Translations under genes and position numbers: made by a program
Part shown: positions 19,142 to 33,445 of the stretch, in pieces
Layout: each line of letters begins with the position of its first letter
How positions within the stretch are numbered: the first letter of the stretch is position 1
Assembly (NCBI GenBank): GCA_035292745.1
Contig: DATDPM010000012.1
Location: forward strand, 1-49,546
Direction: 5' to 3'
From: Alphaproteobacteria bacterium
Lineage (GTDB): Bacteria; Pseudomonadota; Alphaproteobacteria; DATDPM01
DNA length: 49,546 nucleotides
The notes under the pieces: model-generated
Database searches by the model: none
Told to the model about the DNA's origin: nothing
Seen by the model: only the letters and a program-made list of their open reading frames with translations

Positions 19142-21085
19142 TCAAAACCCGAACATATGATCGAAGCTGAAGGCCCGGTCCCCGTCCACGAGACCGTGGA
19201 ATCCGAACAGCCGGCAGGTCGGGTCCACGACCAAAACGTAGGAATCGGCGCCCGCCCGCTTTCGCTCGTCGGCCTCGAACATCTCGGAAACGCGCCAGAA
19301 CAGGCTGCCGCCGCAGGCAATCGCGACCTCGCGCTGGGCGACTTCCTTGCCGCCGCGGTCGCACAGGCTCAAGACGGTCGTGGATTTGGGATGCCAGGGC
19401 AGCGAGGCGGGGTAGATGAGATGGCACAGCGTATCGAGCGGCGCCGCGCCCAGCCTCAGGAAAATCCGGGTCGAGAGCCCGGGCGGCTTGGCCACGTAAG
19501 ACTGCGGCTCGTCCTTGTAAGTAATCGGCGTGTTGTAGATATGGGCGCCGAAGATGGTTTCGGCGACATGGCTGCTCGCCAATTGCTCGTAGCGGCCGAA
19601 GCCGTGGAGCCAGCCGTCGGCCTCGCCGCCGTCGCGGAAATCGTACAGGAACTCGACATGGCCGTAGCCGGCCGGGAGCTTTAATCCGTCCTCCGCGATC
19701 CAGGCGTTCACGTCCACCGGCGTGGAATCGCGCCGCGCGATCCGCCCCAGGTAGCGGCGCGCCGCTTCCGCGCCCGATGCATCGTAAAGCGCCACGGAAA
19801 GCGGCAGCTCGTGCTGGCAGGTGGACATCGGCGTGGGCAGCACCTCGGTGCGGAACGAAGACAGAGGCAGCACGGGAAGCGGCATGAGATAGCCCTTGCC
19901 CATGAGCTTCGAAAGCTCGGGGATGCGGGGATCGGGCGCGAGATCGGTGCGCTCGACATTGGCATGGGCGATGCGCCGCCGCCCGTCTTGCCGGATGACC
20001 TCGTAGCGGGGGCGGACGAAATAGCGGCCCGCCTGAACCTCGATCTGGTTGGGCCAGCGCGCCTCGGGCAACAGCGCGCCGATGTCGATGGCGCGGGTGC
20101 CGAAGGCGGGCACGCTCACGTCGGACCACGAGACATCCTGGGAGCCCATGATGTTGACGCCGATGCCGCCGGGCGGGATCGCCACCGGGTGGCTGTTCTG
20201 GATCCACAGCAGTATTTTTTCGCCCTCCTTGGGGGCGGGCAGCCCGGCGTAGAGATCGGCCGGCCAGGCGTTGGCGTCATGGGTGCAGGACAGGCCGAGC
20301 CCGTCCGCGCTTGCGACATCGACCGCGTATTTGACCACGTCGTGGCCGGCCACCCGGAGCGCGTGAATGAACAGCGAGCCGGCGAAATCCGAAAGCCCGA
20401 ATCGCGCGCGCACTTCGGCGCTGTCGATGCGGAACGCGGAGTTGGCGCCGTCGAGCGGCTCGCGCCATTCCGCCAGCACATCCCCGTCTTCGCCGAACAG
20501 ACACAGCCACAGCTCCGGGCCCTTGGCGCCGTAGCCGGACCAGTAATTGGCCGAGGAGATGGTGGTGCGATGGCCCTTGCCGTCGCGCAGGAACCCGAAG
20601 TTGGTGGCGAAATTGAGCGGGTCGAGATAATTGCGCTGGTTGCTCAGCATGTCGTCGGCAAGGCGCAGCTCGTCGAAGGTGACAAGCTCGGCGCCGCCGG
20701 GAATCAAATTCCGGATCTGGTCGGCGAGCCGTTTCGCGTCGAAGGCGGCGAGCAGAACCGTGGCGGCGCGCGCACTGGGAAGCGCGGTCACGAGTTGCGC
20801 GGCGCGCCCCAGCTTTTTCGCGTTGGCTTCCTCGACCTTTTGGACATAGACGCCGGCGACATCGAGGCCGGCCAAATCGTAGAACGCGTCGAAACACGCG
20901 GCCTGGCCCAACGGATCGTAGATCGCGACCTTGCCCGACGCCGCAAGCCGTTGGCGCAGCGCCCTAGCCTTGGCGGCGACCAGCGGATGGCCGAGCGCCT
21001 TGAACAGCGAAGAGCCGCCCACGTTGTTGCCCGGCCGCCAGCCCTTGGCGCCAGGGTTGGTGAAGGTTTCGATGTTGAGGACCAT
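19142..21085 (-). CDS. hypothetical protein, 647 aa, no family recognised
   Basis: A long ORF with coding-like composition and no competing homologous ORF. No TM segment, signal peptide or catalytic motif that I can name. Ends ...FSFDHMFGF. Confidence 0.6.
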   Translation of the reverse strand: MVLNIETFTNPGAKGWRPGNNVGGSSLFKALGHPLVAAKARALRQRLAASGKVAIYDPLGQAACFDAFYDLAGLDVAGVYVQKVEEANAKKLGRAAQLVTALPSARAATVLLAAFDAKRLADQIRNLIPGGAELVTFDELRLADDMLSNQRNYLDPLNFATNFGFLRDGKGHRTTISSANYWSGYGAKGPELWLCLFGEDGDVLAEWREPLDGANSAFRIDSAEVRARFGLSDFAGSLFIHALRVAGHDVVKYAVDVASADGLGLSCTHDANAWPADLYAGLPAPKEGEKILLWIQNSHPVAIPPGGIGVNIMGSQDVSWSDVSVPAFGTRAIDIGALLPEARWPNQIEVQAGRYFVRPRYEVIRQDGRRRIAHANVERTDLAPDPRIPELSKLMGKGYLMPLPVLPLSSFRTEVLPTPMSTCQHELPLSVALYDASGAEAARRYLGRIARRDSTPVDVNAWIAEDGLKLPAGYGHVEFLYDFRDGGEADGWLHGFGRYEQLASSHVAETIFGAHIYNTPITYKDEPQSYVAKPPGLSTRIFLRLGAAPLDTLCHLIYPASLPWHPKSTTVLSLCDRGGKEVAQREVAIACGGSLFWRVSEMFEADERKRAGADSYVLVVDPTCRLFGFHGLVDGDRAFSFDHMFGF

Positions 21086-21167
21086 GGCGCGAGACTAGCC
21101 TTTATCGCCCGGAATCGCTAGGCGAGTCGGGCTTTGCCGGCCGCGCCGATGCCCGCCGGCCGCGGGC

Positions 21168-21791
21168 TCAGGCATAGCCATCGAGGCCCTTGATCCAGGC
21201 GGAGAGGCGGTGGCGCAGGCGCTCGCGCCACACGACGCGCGCACTCGTCACCCAGTTGAACTGGATGACCCGGCGCTCGCCGACGAAGGGCTTATGGCCG
21301 TGGAAGGATGTGTCGCTGCGCCGGAACGCCAAAAGCGTGCCTTCGTCGGGCGGCACCTCGGCCGCGAAATCTTCGACGTCGTCCTGGGAGCGCAGCAGGC
21401 GCAGGCGCCCGCCGGGATTCTCCCATTTCGAATTGAGGTAGATGAGGACGGTGATGATCTTGCTCTTGGTGTCGGTGTGGATGCGGCCGTCCTTTTGCTG
21501 GCAGCGGCCGCGCACCGTGGTCATCAGCGGGCGGCCTTCGAGGTCCACCGCAAACTTGCGCGCAAACGCGGTGCGCATTTCGGGAGAAGCGAATTCATCC
21601 AACATCGCCCGGAACGCGGGGCCGAAATCGAGCTCGCCGACGGGGAAGCTTCCCGGCTTGGCGATGCGGGGGTAATCGCGCTCGAGCGCCGCCATGGCTT
21701 CGCCGCGCACGAAGTGCGGGACGATGATGTAATCGAAGGGGTCGCGATGGAGCGGCGTTGCCTCCAGGGCGGCGAGATCGAAGACCGGCAT
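21168..21791 (-). CDS. 2OG-Fe(II) oxygenase superfamily protein (prolyl-hydroxylase-like)
   Basis: MPVFDLAALEATPLHRDPFDYIIVPHF... with GRIHTDTKSKIITVLIYLN, GGRLRLL and SFHGH (an HxD...H facial triad pattern). I chose the start at ATG 21791. The track start at 21956 overlaps the upstream gene. Confidence 0.7.
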   Translation of the reverse strand: MPVFDLAALEATPLHRDPFDYIIVPHFVRGEAMAALERDYPRIAKPGSFPVGELDFGPAFRAMLDEFASPEMRTAFARKFAVDLEGRPLMTTVRGRCQQKDGRIHTDTKSKIITVLIYLNSKWENPGGRLRLLRSQDDVEDFAAEVPPDEGTLLAFRRSDTSFHGHKPFVGERRVIQFNWVTSARVVWRERLRHRLSAWIKGLDGYA

Positions 21792-21855
21792 TGCGTTCAA
21801 GTCCTTGGTTGCGATGGCCCGCTCATTGAAGAAACCGGCTTGCTGAACGTCGAGT

Positions 21856-22833
21856 TCATCGGCGCGCGCGCCAGGCAGCCAGCCGCGATTTGATGATCGC
21901 GGCGACGCGCATGGTATCGTCGAGCGGCGCATAGCTCCAGGACGCGAGCGTACCATCGAAGGGGCGCGTTATGCCGTCGGCGCGCAGGCGCTCGTGGAAG
22001 CGCCGGAATTTGGCGGACCCGCCCTCGAGATCGAAGACATAGACCGGCTTGCCGGTGGCGCAGGCCTCGGAAACCATGTTGACGGAATCGCCCGTGACGA
22101 CGATGGCGTCGGCGAGCGCCAGATATCCAAGATAGGGATTCTCCCCCGAGCCGTCCCAGATCTCGGCTCCCAGCGGCGCCAAAACCTCGCGCAGCACGGC
22201 TTCGTTCGCGGCGCCGGTACGGCGCGACGGCGTCACCGCGAGCCCGGCCCCGAATTTTTCGACGAGCGCTTTCAGGCGATCGCACAGCCGGCGGGTGAGG
22301 GCGGGCGTCAAGCGGAACACCTTGTTGTCGCCGCCGACCAGAACCGCGACCAGCGGGCGCTTGAGATGGGCGAGCTTCGGCGCGAAACGCCGTGCGGCTT
22401 CGGCCAGACTGTCGCGCGTGATGCCGTGGAGCGAGCCTTTGGTGGCGATCACATTGGGCCCGGCGATCCGGTCGTGAAGCGGCGCCACGACCACGTCGAA
22501 GCGGTGCCGCAACAGGCCCGGATTCTGGATCTGGATGGCGAAGGTGCGGTCGCCGCTTCGCGCCTTGATCGCCAGCGCCAAGGCGACGCTTGGCCGCCCG
22601 GTCGCGATCAGCACATCGGGCCAGGGGGGTGCCAGCGCGTCGCCGTCCTTGCGCAGGGCCGAAAGCGGGCAAATCCACGCCGGCGCCGGCAGGAAACGCC
22701 AGGGAAACCGGCATTTGATCCGTTTGATCTCGGGCGTGAAGCCGAGCACGCGGGCCAGGCCCACCGCCTGATTCTCCATGCCGGGGGTGCCGTCGCTCAC
22801 TACCCAGCAGCGCCAATCCGTTTCCGCGCTCAT
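21856..22833 (-). CDS. ELM1/DUF1022-family protein (putative glycosyltransferase-like)
   Basis: 325-aa ORF. WVVSDGTPGMENQAVGLARVLG, PWPDVLIATGR and FDVVVAPLHD resemble the 'mitochondrial fission ELM1' bacterial family as I recall it. Confidence 0.6.
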   Translation of the reverse strand: MSAETDWRCWVVSDGTPGMENQAVGLARVLGFTPEIKRIKCRFPWRFLPAPAWICPLSALRKDGDALAPPWPDVLIATGRPSVALALAIKARSGDRTFAIQIQNPGLLRHRFDVVVAPLHDRIAGPNVIATKGSLHGITRDSLAEAARRFAPKLAHLKRPLVAVLVGGDNKVFRLTPALTRRLCDRLKALVEKFGAGLAVTPSRRTGAANEAVLREVLAPLGAEIWDGSGENPYLGYLALADAIVVTGDSVNMVSEACATGKPVYVFDLEGGSAKFRRFHERLRADGITRPFDGTLASWSYAPLDDTMRVAAIIKSRLAAWRARR

Positions 22834-23054
22834 GACCGTTTTTCAGCCCCCCGCCGGGGCGGACTATCGCAAGCGGCGGCGGCCGGCGGCAAGCAATGCG
22901 GCCGGCTGCGGATGCGCGGCGGCGTTTTGCCGCAGGAATCAGGGAACCGGCCGCGGGTGGACATCGCTTGAAATTTTATTTCCCTGGGAGCCGTGGCGGG
23001 GAATATAATTTTCGTCGCCCCGGGCGGGGTGAAGCCATCAGGGAGGAAGGGGCC

Positions 23055-23588
23055 ATGGAGCGAGTCAAACTTGACCGCGTCGATCTATCGATCCTCAGGG
23101 ACCTTCAAGACGACGGCCGGATGACCAACGTCGAATTGGCGCGGCGCGCCGGCATCACGCCGCCGCCCTGCCTGCGCCGCGTGCGGGCGCTGGAAGTGGC
23201 CGGCTACATCCGCGGCTATCACGCCGGGCTCAACCCCGAGGCCCTGGGTTTCGCGGTCACCGTGTTCGCCCATGTCGGCCTTGCGAGCCAGGCCGAATCC
23301 GACCTCGTCGCCTTCGAGGAGATGGTTCAGCAGTGGCCGGAAGTCCGCGAGTGCCACATGCTGGCGGGCGAGACGGATTTCCTGCTCAAGGTGGTCGCCA
23401 GCGACTGGGACGCCTATCAGCGCTTCGTCACCACCAAACTGACCGCCGCCCCCAATGTCGCCCATGTGAAGTCGGCGCTGGCCATCCGCGCCACGAAGCA
23501 GCAGCCGGGCGTGCCGATCGCCGTCGAGTCGATGTCGGCGGACCGCTCCGCCCGGGCCGAGCGGCGCGAGCACAGGGTTTCGCGCTAA
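23055..23588 (+). CDS. Lrp/AsnC-family transcriptional regulator
   Basis: MERVKLDRVDLSILRDLQDDGRMTNVELARRAGITPPPCLRRVRALE (HTH) followed by a RAM domain. The ATG at 23055 follows GGGAGGAAGG. Confidence 0.9.
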   Translation: MERVKLDRVDLSILRDLQDDGRMTNVELARRAGITPPPCLRRVRALEVAGYIRGYHAGLNPEALGFAVTVFAHVGLASQAESDLVAFEEMVQQWPEVRECHMLAGETDFLLKVVASDWDAYQRFVTTKLTAAPNVAHVKSALAIRATKQQPGVPIAVESMSADRSARAERREHRVSR

Positions 23589-23629
23589 AGCCGCGTTCCC
23601 GCGCGCCTTAAAAGCCGCGTTCCCGCGCC

Positions 23630-24103
23630 TTAGACGTATTTCACCGAGATGATTTCGTAGGCCTTGGCGCCGCGCGGCGTGTTGACCACCACGCTCTCGC
23701 CCTTTTCCTTGCCGATCAGGGCCTGGGCGAGCGGCGAGGTGATGGAGAGCAAGCCCTCGCTGATATCGGCCTCGTCGGCGCCGACGATGCGGTAGGTCGC
23801 GGTTTCGTCCGTATCCTCGTCGGCGAGCTTCACCGTGGCGCCGAATTTCACCGCCTTGCCCGAAAGCTTGGAGACGTCGATGACCTCGGCGTGGCGGATC
23901 TTGGATTCCAGCTCCGCGAGCCGGCCCTCGATGAAGCTCTGGCGCTCGCGGGCGGCGTGGTACTCGGCGTTTTCCGACAGGTCGCCGTGCTCGCGGGCCT
24001 CGGCCAGGGCGCGAATCACGCTGGGGCGCTCGATCGTCTTGAGACGTTCGAGCTCCGCCTTGAGCCGGCTCAGGCCCTCTTCGGTCATTGGGAATTTGTT
24101 CAT
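23630..24103 (-). CDS. greA: transcription elongation factor GreA
   Basis: MNKFPMTEEGLSRLKAELERLKTIERPSVIRALAEAREHGDLSENAEYHAARERQSFIEGR is the GreA coiled-coil with the acidic tip. An alternative GTG start lies at 24124. Confidence 0.92.
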   Translation of the reverse strand: MNKFPMTEEGLSRLKAELERLKTIERPSVIRALAEAREHGDLSENAEYHAARERQSFIEGRLAELESKIRHAEVIDVSKLSGKAVKFGATVKLADEDTDETATYRIVGADEADISEGLLSITSPLAQALIGKEKGESVVVNTPRGAKAYEIISVKYV

Positions 24104-24188
24104 TTCGGCAACCGAGCTTTTCACGCCATGGTAAGCGATTGGTTAACAGTTTCGGCGGTTTCGCCGGTCCCGTCAAATCCTGGGGATT

Positions 24189-27465
<3,277 letters not shown>

Positions 27466-27473
<8 letters not shown>

Positions 27474-28650
27474 GGGCGTCCATCAACCGCACGAACCGCT
27501 CGAACAGGTAGCGGCTGTCCTGGGGGCCGGGCGAGGCTTCCGGGTGGTACTGGACCGAGAACACCGGCTTGCCCGCGACGCGCAGTCCCTCCAGCGTCTT
27601 ATCAAAGAGAGAGACATGGGTGGCGACGACGCCGGCGGGCAGGCTTTCCGCCGGAACCACGAAGCCGTGGTTCTGGCTGGTGATCTCCACCTTGCCGGTC
27701 TCCAGATCCTTGACCGGATGATTGGCGCCGCGGTGGCCGTGATGCATCTTCTCGGTGCGCGCGCCCAAGGCGAGGGCCAGCATCTGATGGCCGAGGCAAA
27801 TGCCGAACACCGGGATCCCGGACTGCACCAGATCGCGGATCGTGGGGACCGCATAGCGCCCGGTCGCCGCCGGGTCGCCCGGCCCGTTGGAGAGGAACAC
27901 GCCGTCGGGCTTGCGCGCGAGGATTTCGGGCGCGGAGGTCGCCGCCGGCACCACCGTGACCCGGCAGCCGCAGGCCGCCAGATTGCGCAGGATGTTGCGC
28001 TTGGCGCCGTAATCGATGGCGACGACGTGGCGCTTGGGCTGTTGCAGCCGGCCGTAGCCCGCGCCCAGCGTCCACAGCGTCTCGTTCCATTCGTAGGTCT
28101 GCAGGCAGCTCACGCCCTTGGCGAGATCGAGCCCTTCCATGCTGGGGCAGGCCTTGGCGCGCGCTTTCAGCTTCTCCAGGTCGAACTTGCCCGCCGGGTC
28201 GTGGCAGATGACGCCGTTGATGGCGCCGAGATCGCGCAGCCGGCGCGTGAGGCGGCGGGTATCGACCCCGGCCAGGCCGATCAGCCCGAACGACTTGAGC
28301 CACTCGTCCAGATGCCGCGTGGCGCGGAAGCTGGACGGCGCCGAAATGTCGGCGCGCAGCACCAGGCCGCGCGCGGCCGGCGTGGTCGCCTCCACGTCTT
28401 CGGCGTTGGTCCCGACATTGCCGATATGCGGGAAGGTGAAGGTGATGATCTGCCCGGCGTAGGACGGATCGGTCAGGATTTCCTGATAGCCGGTGATCGC
28501 GGTGTTGAAGCAAATCTCGCCTTCGACGATCCCCGTTGCGCCGATGCCGCGGCCCCAGAACAGCGTGCCGTCGGCGAGCACCAGCGCCGCGCTGGCCCCG
28601 GGCGCAACTGCGGAGGCCTCAAGCGCGGGCTCTACGGCGGACATGATCAT
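27466..28650 (-). CDS. carA: carbamoyl-phosphate synthase small (glutamine amidotransferase) subunit
   Basis: [16 protein letters not shown]...[23 protein letters not shown], plus the GATase triad context GICLGHQ. I chose the start at ATG 28650, after AGGAG. The track start at 28764 adds a Pro/Arg-rich leader. Confidence 0.93.
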
Positions 28651-28953
28651 GGACGGCGGCTCCTGCCCGCGCCCGGTCGCGGGCGGCGGACACATGCGGG
28701 ACGGCGGCGAGCCCGGAACGCGGGCGAGTGCGACGCCTCTTGACGGGCCGGGCATTTGCCCCAAGATGGCGACATCCGGCGAAGGGCGGGCAAATCGGGC
28801 GATTGATAAGCAAAGCGGCCCGTCCCGTCAAGTCGGACAATCTTTAAAAAATTACGCTACGTCAATAAGTTAGCGAAAAACTGTGGTTGCCGGACCGGCG
28901 CGTTTCAGATAAGATTAGCGTGTTCCGGGGGCACCACACCACATTCTGACGAG

Positions 28954-29415
28954 ATGCTGCGAACCGAGATTCGCGACGCGCTCAAGGCCGCGCTTAAGGC
29001 CAGGGACGAACGCAGGGTTTCGACCGTGCGGTTGATCCTGGCTGCGCTCAAGGACCGCGACATCGCCGCCCGCGGCCCGGGCGCGGGCGGGCGCGAGGAG
29101 ATTCCCAACGAGGAAATCCTCAATCTGCTCCAGACCATGATCAAGCAGCGCCGCGACAGCATCGCGCTGTACGCGAAGGGCGGGCGGCAGGATCTGGTGG
29201 ATCAGGAGACCCAAGAGATCAAAGTGATCGAGGAGTTCCTGCCCACGCAGCTCTCGGACAAAGAAATGGCCGAAGCCGTTAAGGCCACCATCGAGAGCAT
29301 CGGCGCGACCACGCTGAAAGATATGGGCCGCACCATGGCCGCCTTGAAGGAGCGCTACGCCGGGCAGATGGACTTCGCCAAGGCGAGCGCCATCGTCAAG
29401 CAGCAGCTGGGCTGA
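28954..29415 (+). CDS. yqeY: GatB/YqeY domain-containing protein
   Basis: 153-aa ORF MLRTEIRDALKAALKARDERRVSTVRLILAALKDRDIA... in the conserved position upstream of dnaG-rpoD. Confidence 0.85.
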   Translation: MLRTEIRDALKAALKARDERRVSTVRLILAALKDRDIAARGPGAGGREEIPNEEILNLLQTMIKQRRDSIALYAKGGRQDLVDQETQEIKVIEEFLPTQLSDKEMAEAVKATIESIGATTLKDMGRTMAALKERYAGQMDFAKASAIVKQQLG

Positions 29416-29455
29416 GTTTCCGGCGCGGCGCGGCGCCGGAACGGACGAGATATCG

Positions 29456-31306
29456 ATGCGCTTCACGCCCGAGTTCCTGGATGAGCTTCGCGCCCGCGTG
29501 CCGCTGGCCGAGGTGGTGGGGCGCAAGGTTCAGCTCAAGAAGCGCGGGCGCAATCACACCGGCCTGTGCCCCTTCCACCGGGAAAAGACGCCCTCCTTCA
29601 CCGTCCACGAAGACAAGGGCTTCTATCACTGCTTCGGCTGCCAGGCGAGCGGCGACGTCATCGACTTCGTCATGAAGACCGAGAACCTCACCTTCCCCGA
29701 AGCGGTGGAACGCCTGGCCGGCATGGCCGGGATGCGGCTGCCCGAGGCGGGCCCGCGGGACGCCGAGCACCAACGTGAATACAAGGACATCAATGCGGCA
29801 TTGGAGGCGGCGGCGCGGTGGTTCGCCGCGCAACTGGCTTCGCCTGCCGGCGCCGGCGCGCGCGAGTATCTTGCCGGCCGCGGCCTGGACGCAAAGGCGG
29901 TCGCGCGGTTCCGCCTGGGTTTCGCGCCGGAGCGGCGCGGCGCGCTCAAATCGGCGCTCATGGAAACGGCCAGCCAGAAAGACGGCCGGTTTCCCGAGAA
30001 GCTGCTGATCGCGGCCGGGCTCTTGGCCGTTCCCGAAGGCGGCGGCGAAACCTTCGACCGCTTCCGCGGACGCATCGTTTTCCCCATCGCCGACCGCCGC
30101 GGGCGGGTGATCGGCTTCGGCGGCCGCGGGCTCGGCGACGTGAAGCCCAAATATCTCAACTCGCCGGAAACCGCGCTCTTCCACAAGGGACGCACGCTTT
30201 ACAACCTGGCGGGCGCGCTGCCCGCCGCCCGCGAGCGCGGCGAGGTGATCGTGGCCGAAGGCTATATGGACGTGATCGCCCTCGATCAGGCGGGATACCC
30301 GAATGCCGTGGCGCCGCTCGGCACCGCGCTCACCGAAGACCAGATGAACGAGCTGTGGCGGCTGTGCGACGAGCCTTACTTGTGCTTCGACGGCGACGAG
30401 GCGGGGTTGCGTGCGGCAGGGGCCGCGGCGGAACGCGCCCTGCCGCTGCTGAAACCGGGGAAGTCGCTGCGCTTCGTCATGCTGCCTGGGGGCGAAGACC
30501 CCGACAGCCTGCTGCGCAAGGAGGGCCCGGAGGCGATCGCCAAGGCGGTCGAGGCCACCTGGCCCCTGTCCCGCATGATATGGGCGATCGAGACCACCGG
30601 CCGGCCCCTCGACACGCCGGAGCGCCGCGCCCAGCTGCGCCAGAGCCTGGGGCGGCGCTCGGCGGCGATTCAGGACGCCAACGTCCGCGAGGAATACCGC
30701 CGCGACCTCGAGCGCCGCTTCGACGAGTTGTTCCCGCCGCGCGCGGCAGGCCCCGGGCGCGGCGGCCGGGGCCGCCCGCCGCCGGGGCCGGGCTATGCCG
30801 CCCCGACGATGCCGCGCGGCCAGGGCGCCCTGACCCGGGTGGCAGGCCAGGAAATCCTGCCGCAGACGCTGCTGGCTGCGGTCATCAACCATCCGGAGCT
30901 CCTGGACGAAGTCGGCGAGGACCTGGGTTTGGCCGAATTTCTGGCCCCCGAGCTGGACCGCCTGCGGCAGGCCGTGGTCGAGGCGGCCGGCATCCCGGGG
31001 CTTGACACGGAGCGGCTTAAAAGCCACCTACGGGATCAGGGCTTTTCGGGGGAATTGCGGTCCGTGCTGCGCGCCGAGGTCTATCAGCACAGCGCGTTCG
31101 CACGCCCCGAGGCGGCCCTGGATACCGTGCGCCAAGGTTGGAAAGAGGCGTTCGGCAAGCATCAATTGCCGATCCTGCATGCGCAGGTGCGCGAGGCCGA
31201 ACAAGCGGTGGCCCGCGAGATGACGCCCGAGAATCAACGGCGGTTCTACGACTTGAAGAAGCGCCTCTACGAACTGGAGCTGAAGGCCCGGGAATGGATC
31301 GGCTGA
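29456..31306 (+). CDS. dnaG: DNA primase
   Basis: Zinc-ribbon CPFHREKTPSFTVHEDKGFYHCFGC, and a TOPRIM region EGYMDVIAL. Confidence 0.95.
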   Translation: MRFTPEFLDELRARVPLAEVVGRKVQLKKRGRNHTGLCPFHREKTPSFTVHEDKGFYHCFGCQASGDVIDFVMKTENLTFPEAVERLAGMAGMRLPEAGPRDAEHQREYKDINAALEAAARWFAAQLASPAGAGAREYLAGRGLDAKAVARFRLGFAPERRGALKSALMETASQKDGRFPEKLLIAAGLLAVPEGGGETFDRFRGRIVFPIADRRGRVIGFGGRGLGDVKPKYLNSPETALFHKGRTLYNLAGALPAARERGEVIVAEGYMDVIALDQAGYPNAVAPLGTALTEDQMNELWRLCDEPYLCFDGDEAGLRAAGAAAERALPLLKPGKSLRFVMLPGGEDPDSLLRKEGPEAIAKAVEATWPLSRMIWAIETTGRPLDTPERRAQLRQSLGRRSAAIQDANVREEYRRDLERRFDELFPPRAAGPGRGGRGRPPPGPGYAAPTMPRGQGALTRVAGQEILPQTLLAAVINHPELLDEVGEDLGLAEFLAPELDRLRQAVVEAAGIPGLDTERLKSHLRDQGFSGELRSVLRAEVYQHSAFARPEAALDTVRQGWKEAFGKHQLPILHAQVREAEQAVAREMTPENQRRFYDLKKRLYELELKAREWIG

Positions 31307-31422
31307 AAACCCGGGCGATTGCAGAAACCGACAAGGCCGGTTAGGGCGGCGCGGCGGGGTGCCCGCAAGGGTGCCCGAGGCCGCTGCCGCCTTTTTGAAC
31401 GAGCGGGGGAAAGAGGAACGCG

Positions 31423-33411
<1,989 letters not shown>

Positions 33412-33445
33412 CGCCGCGCCCGCGCGGCGTTGCGGGGCGCGCGGC

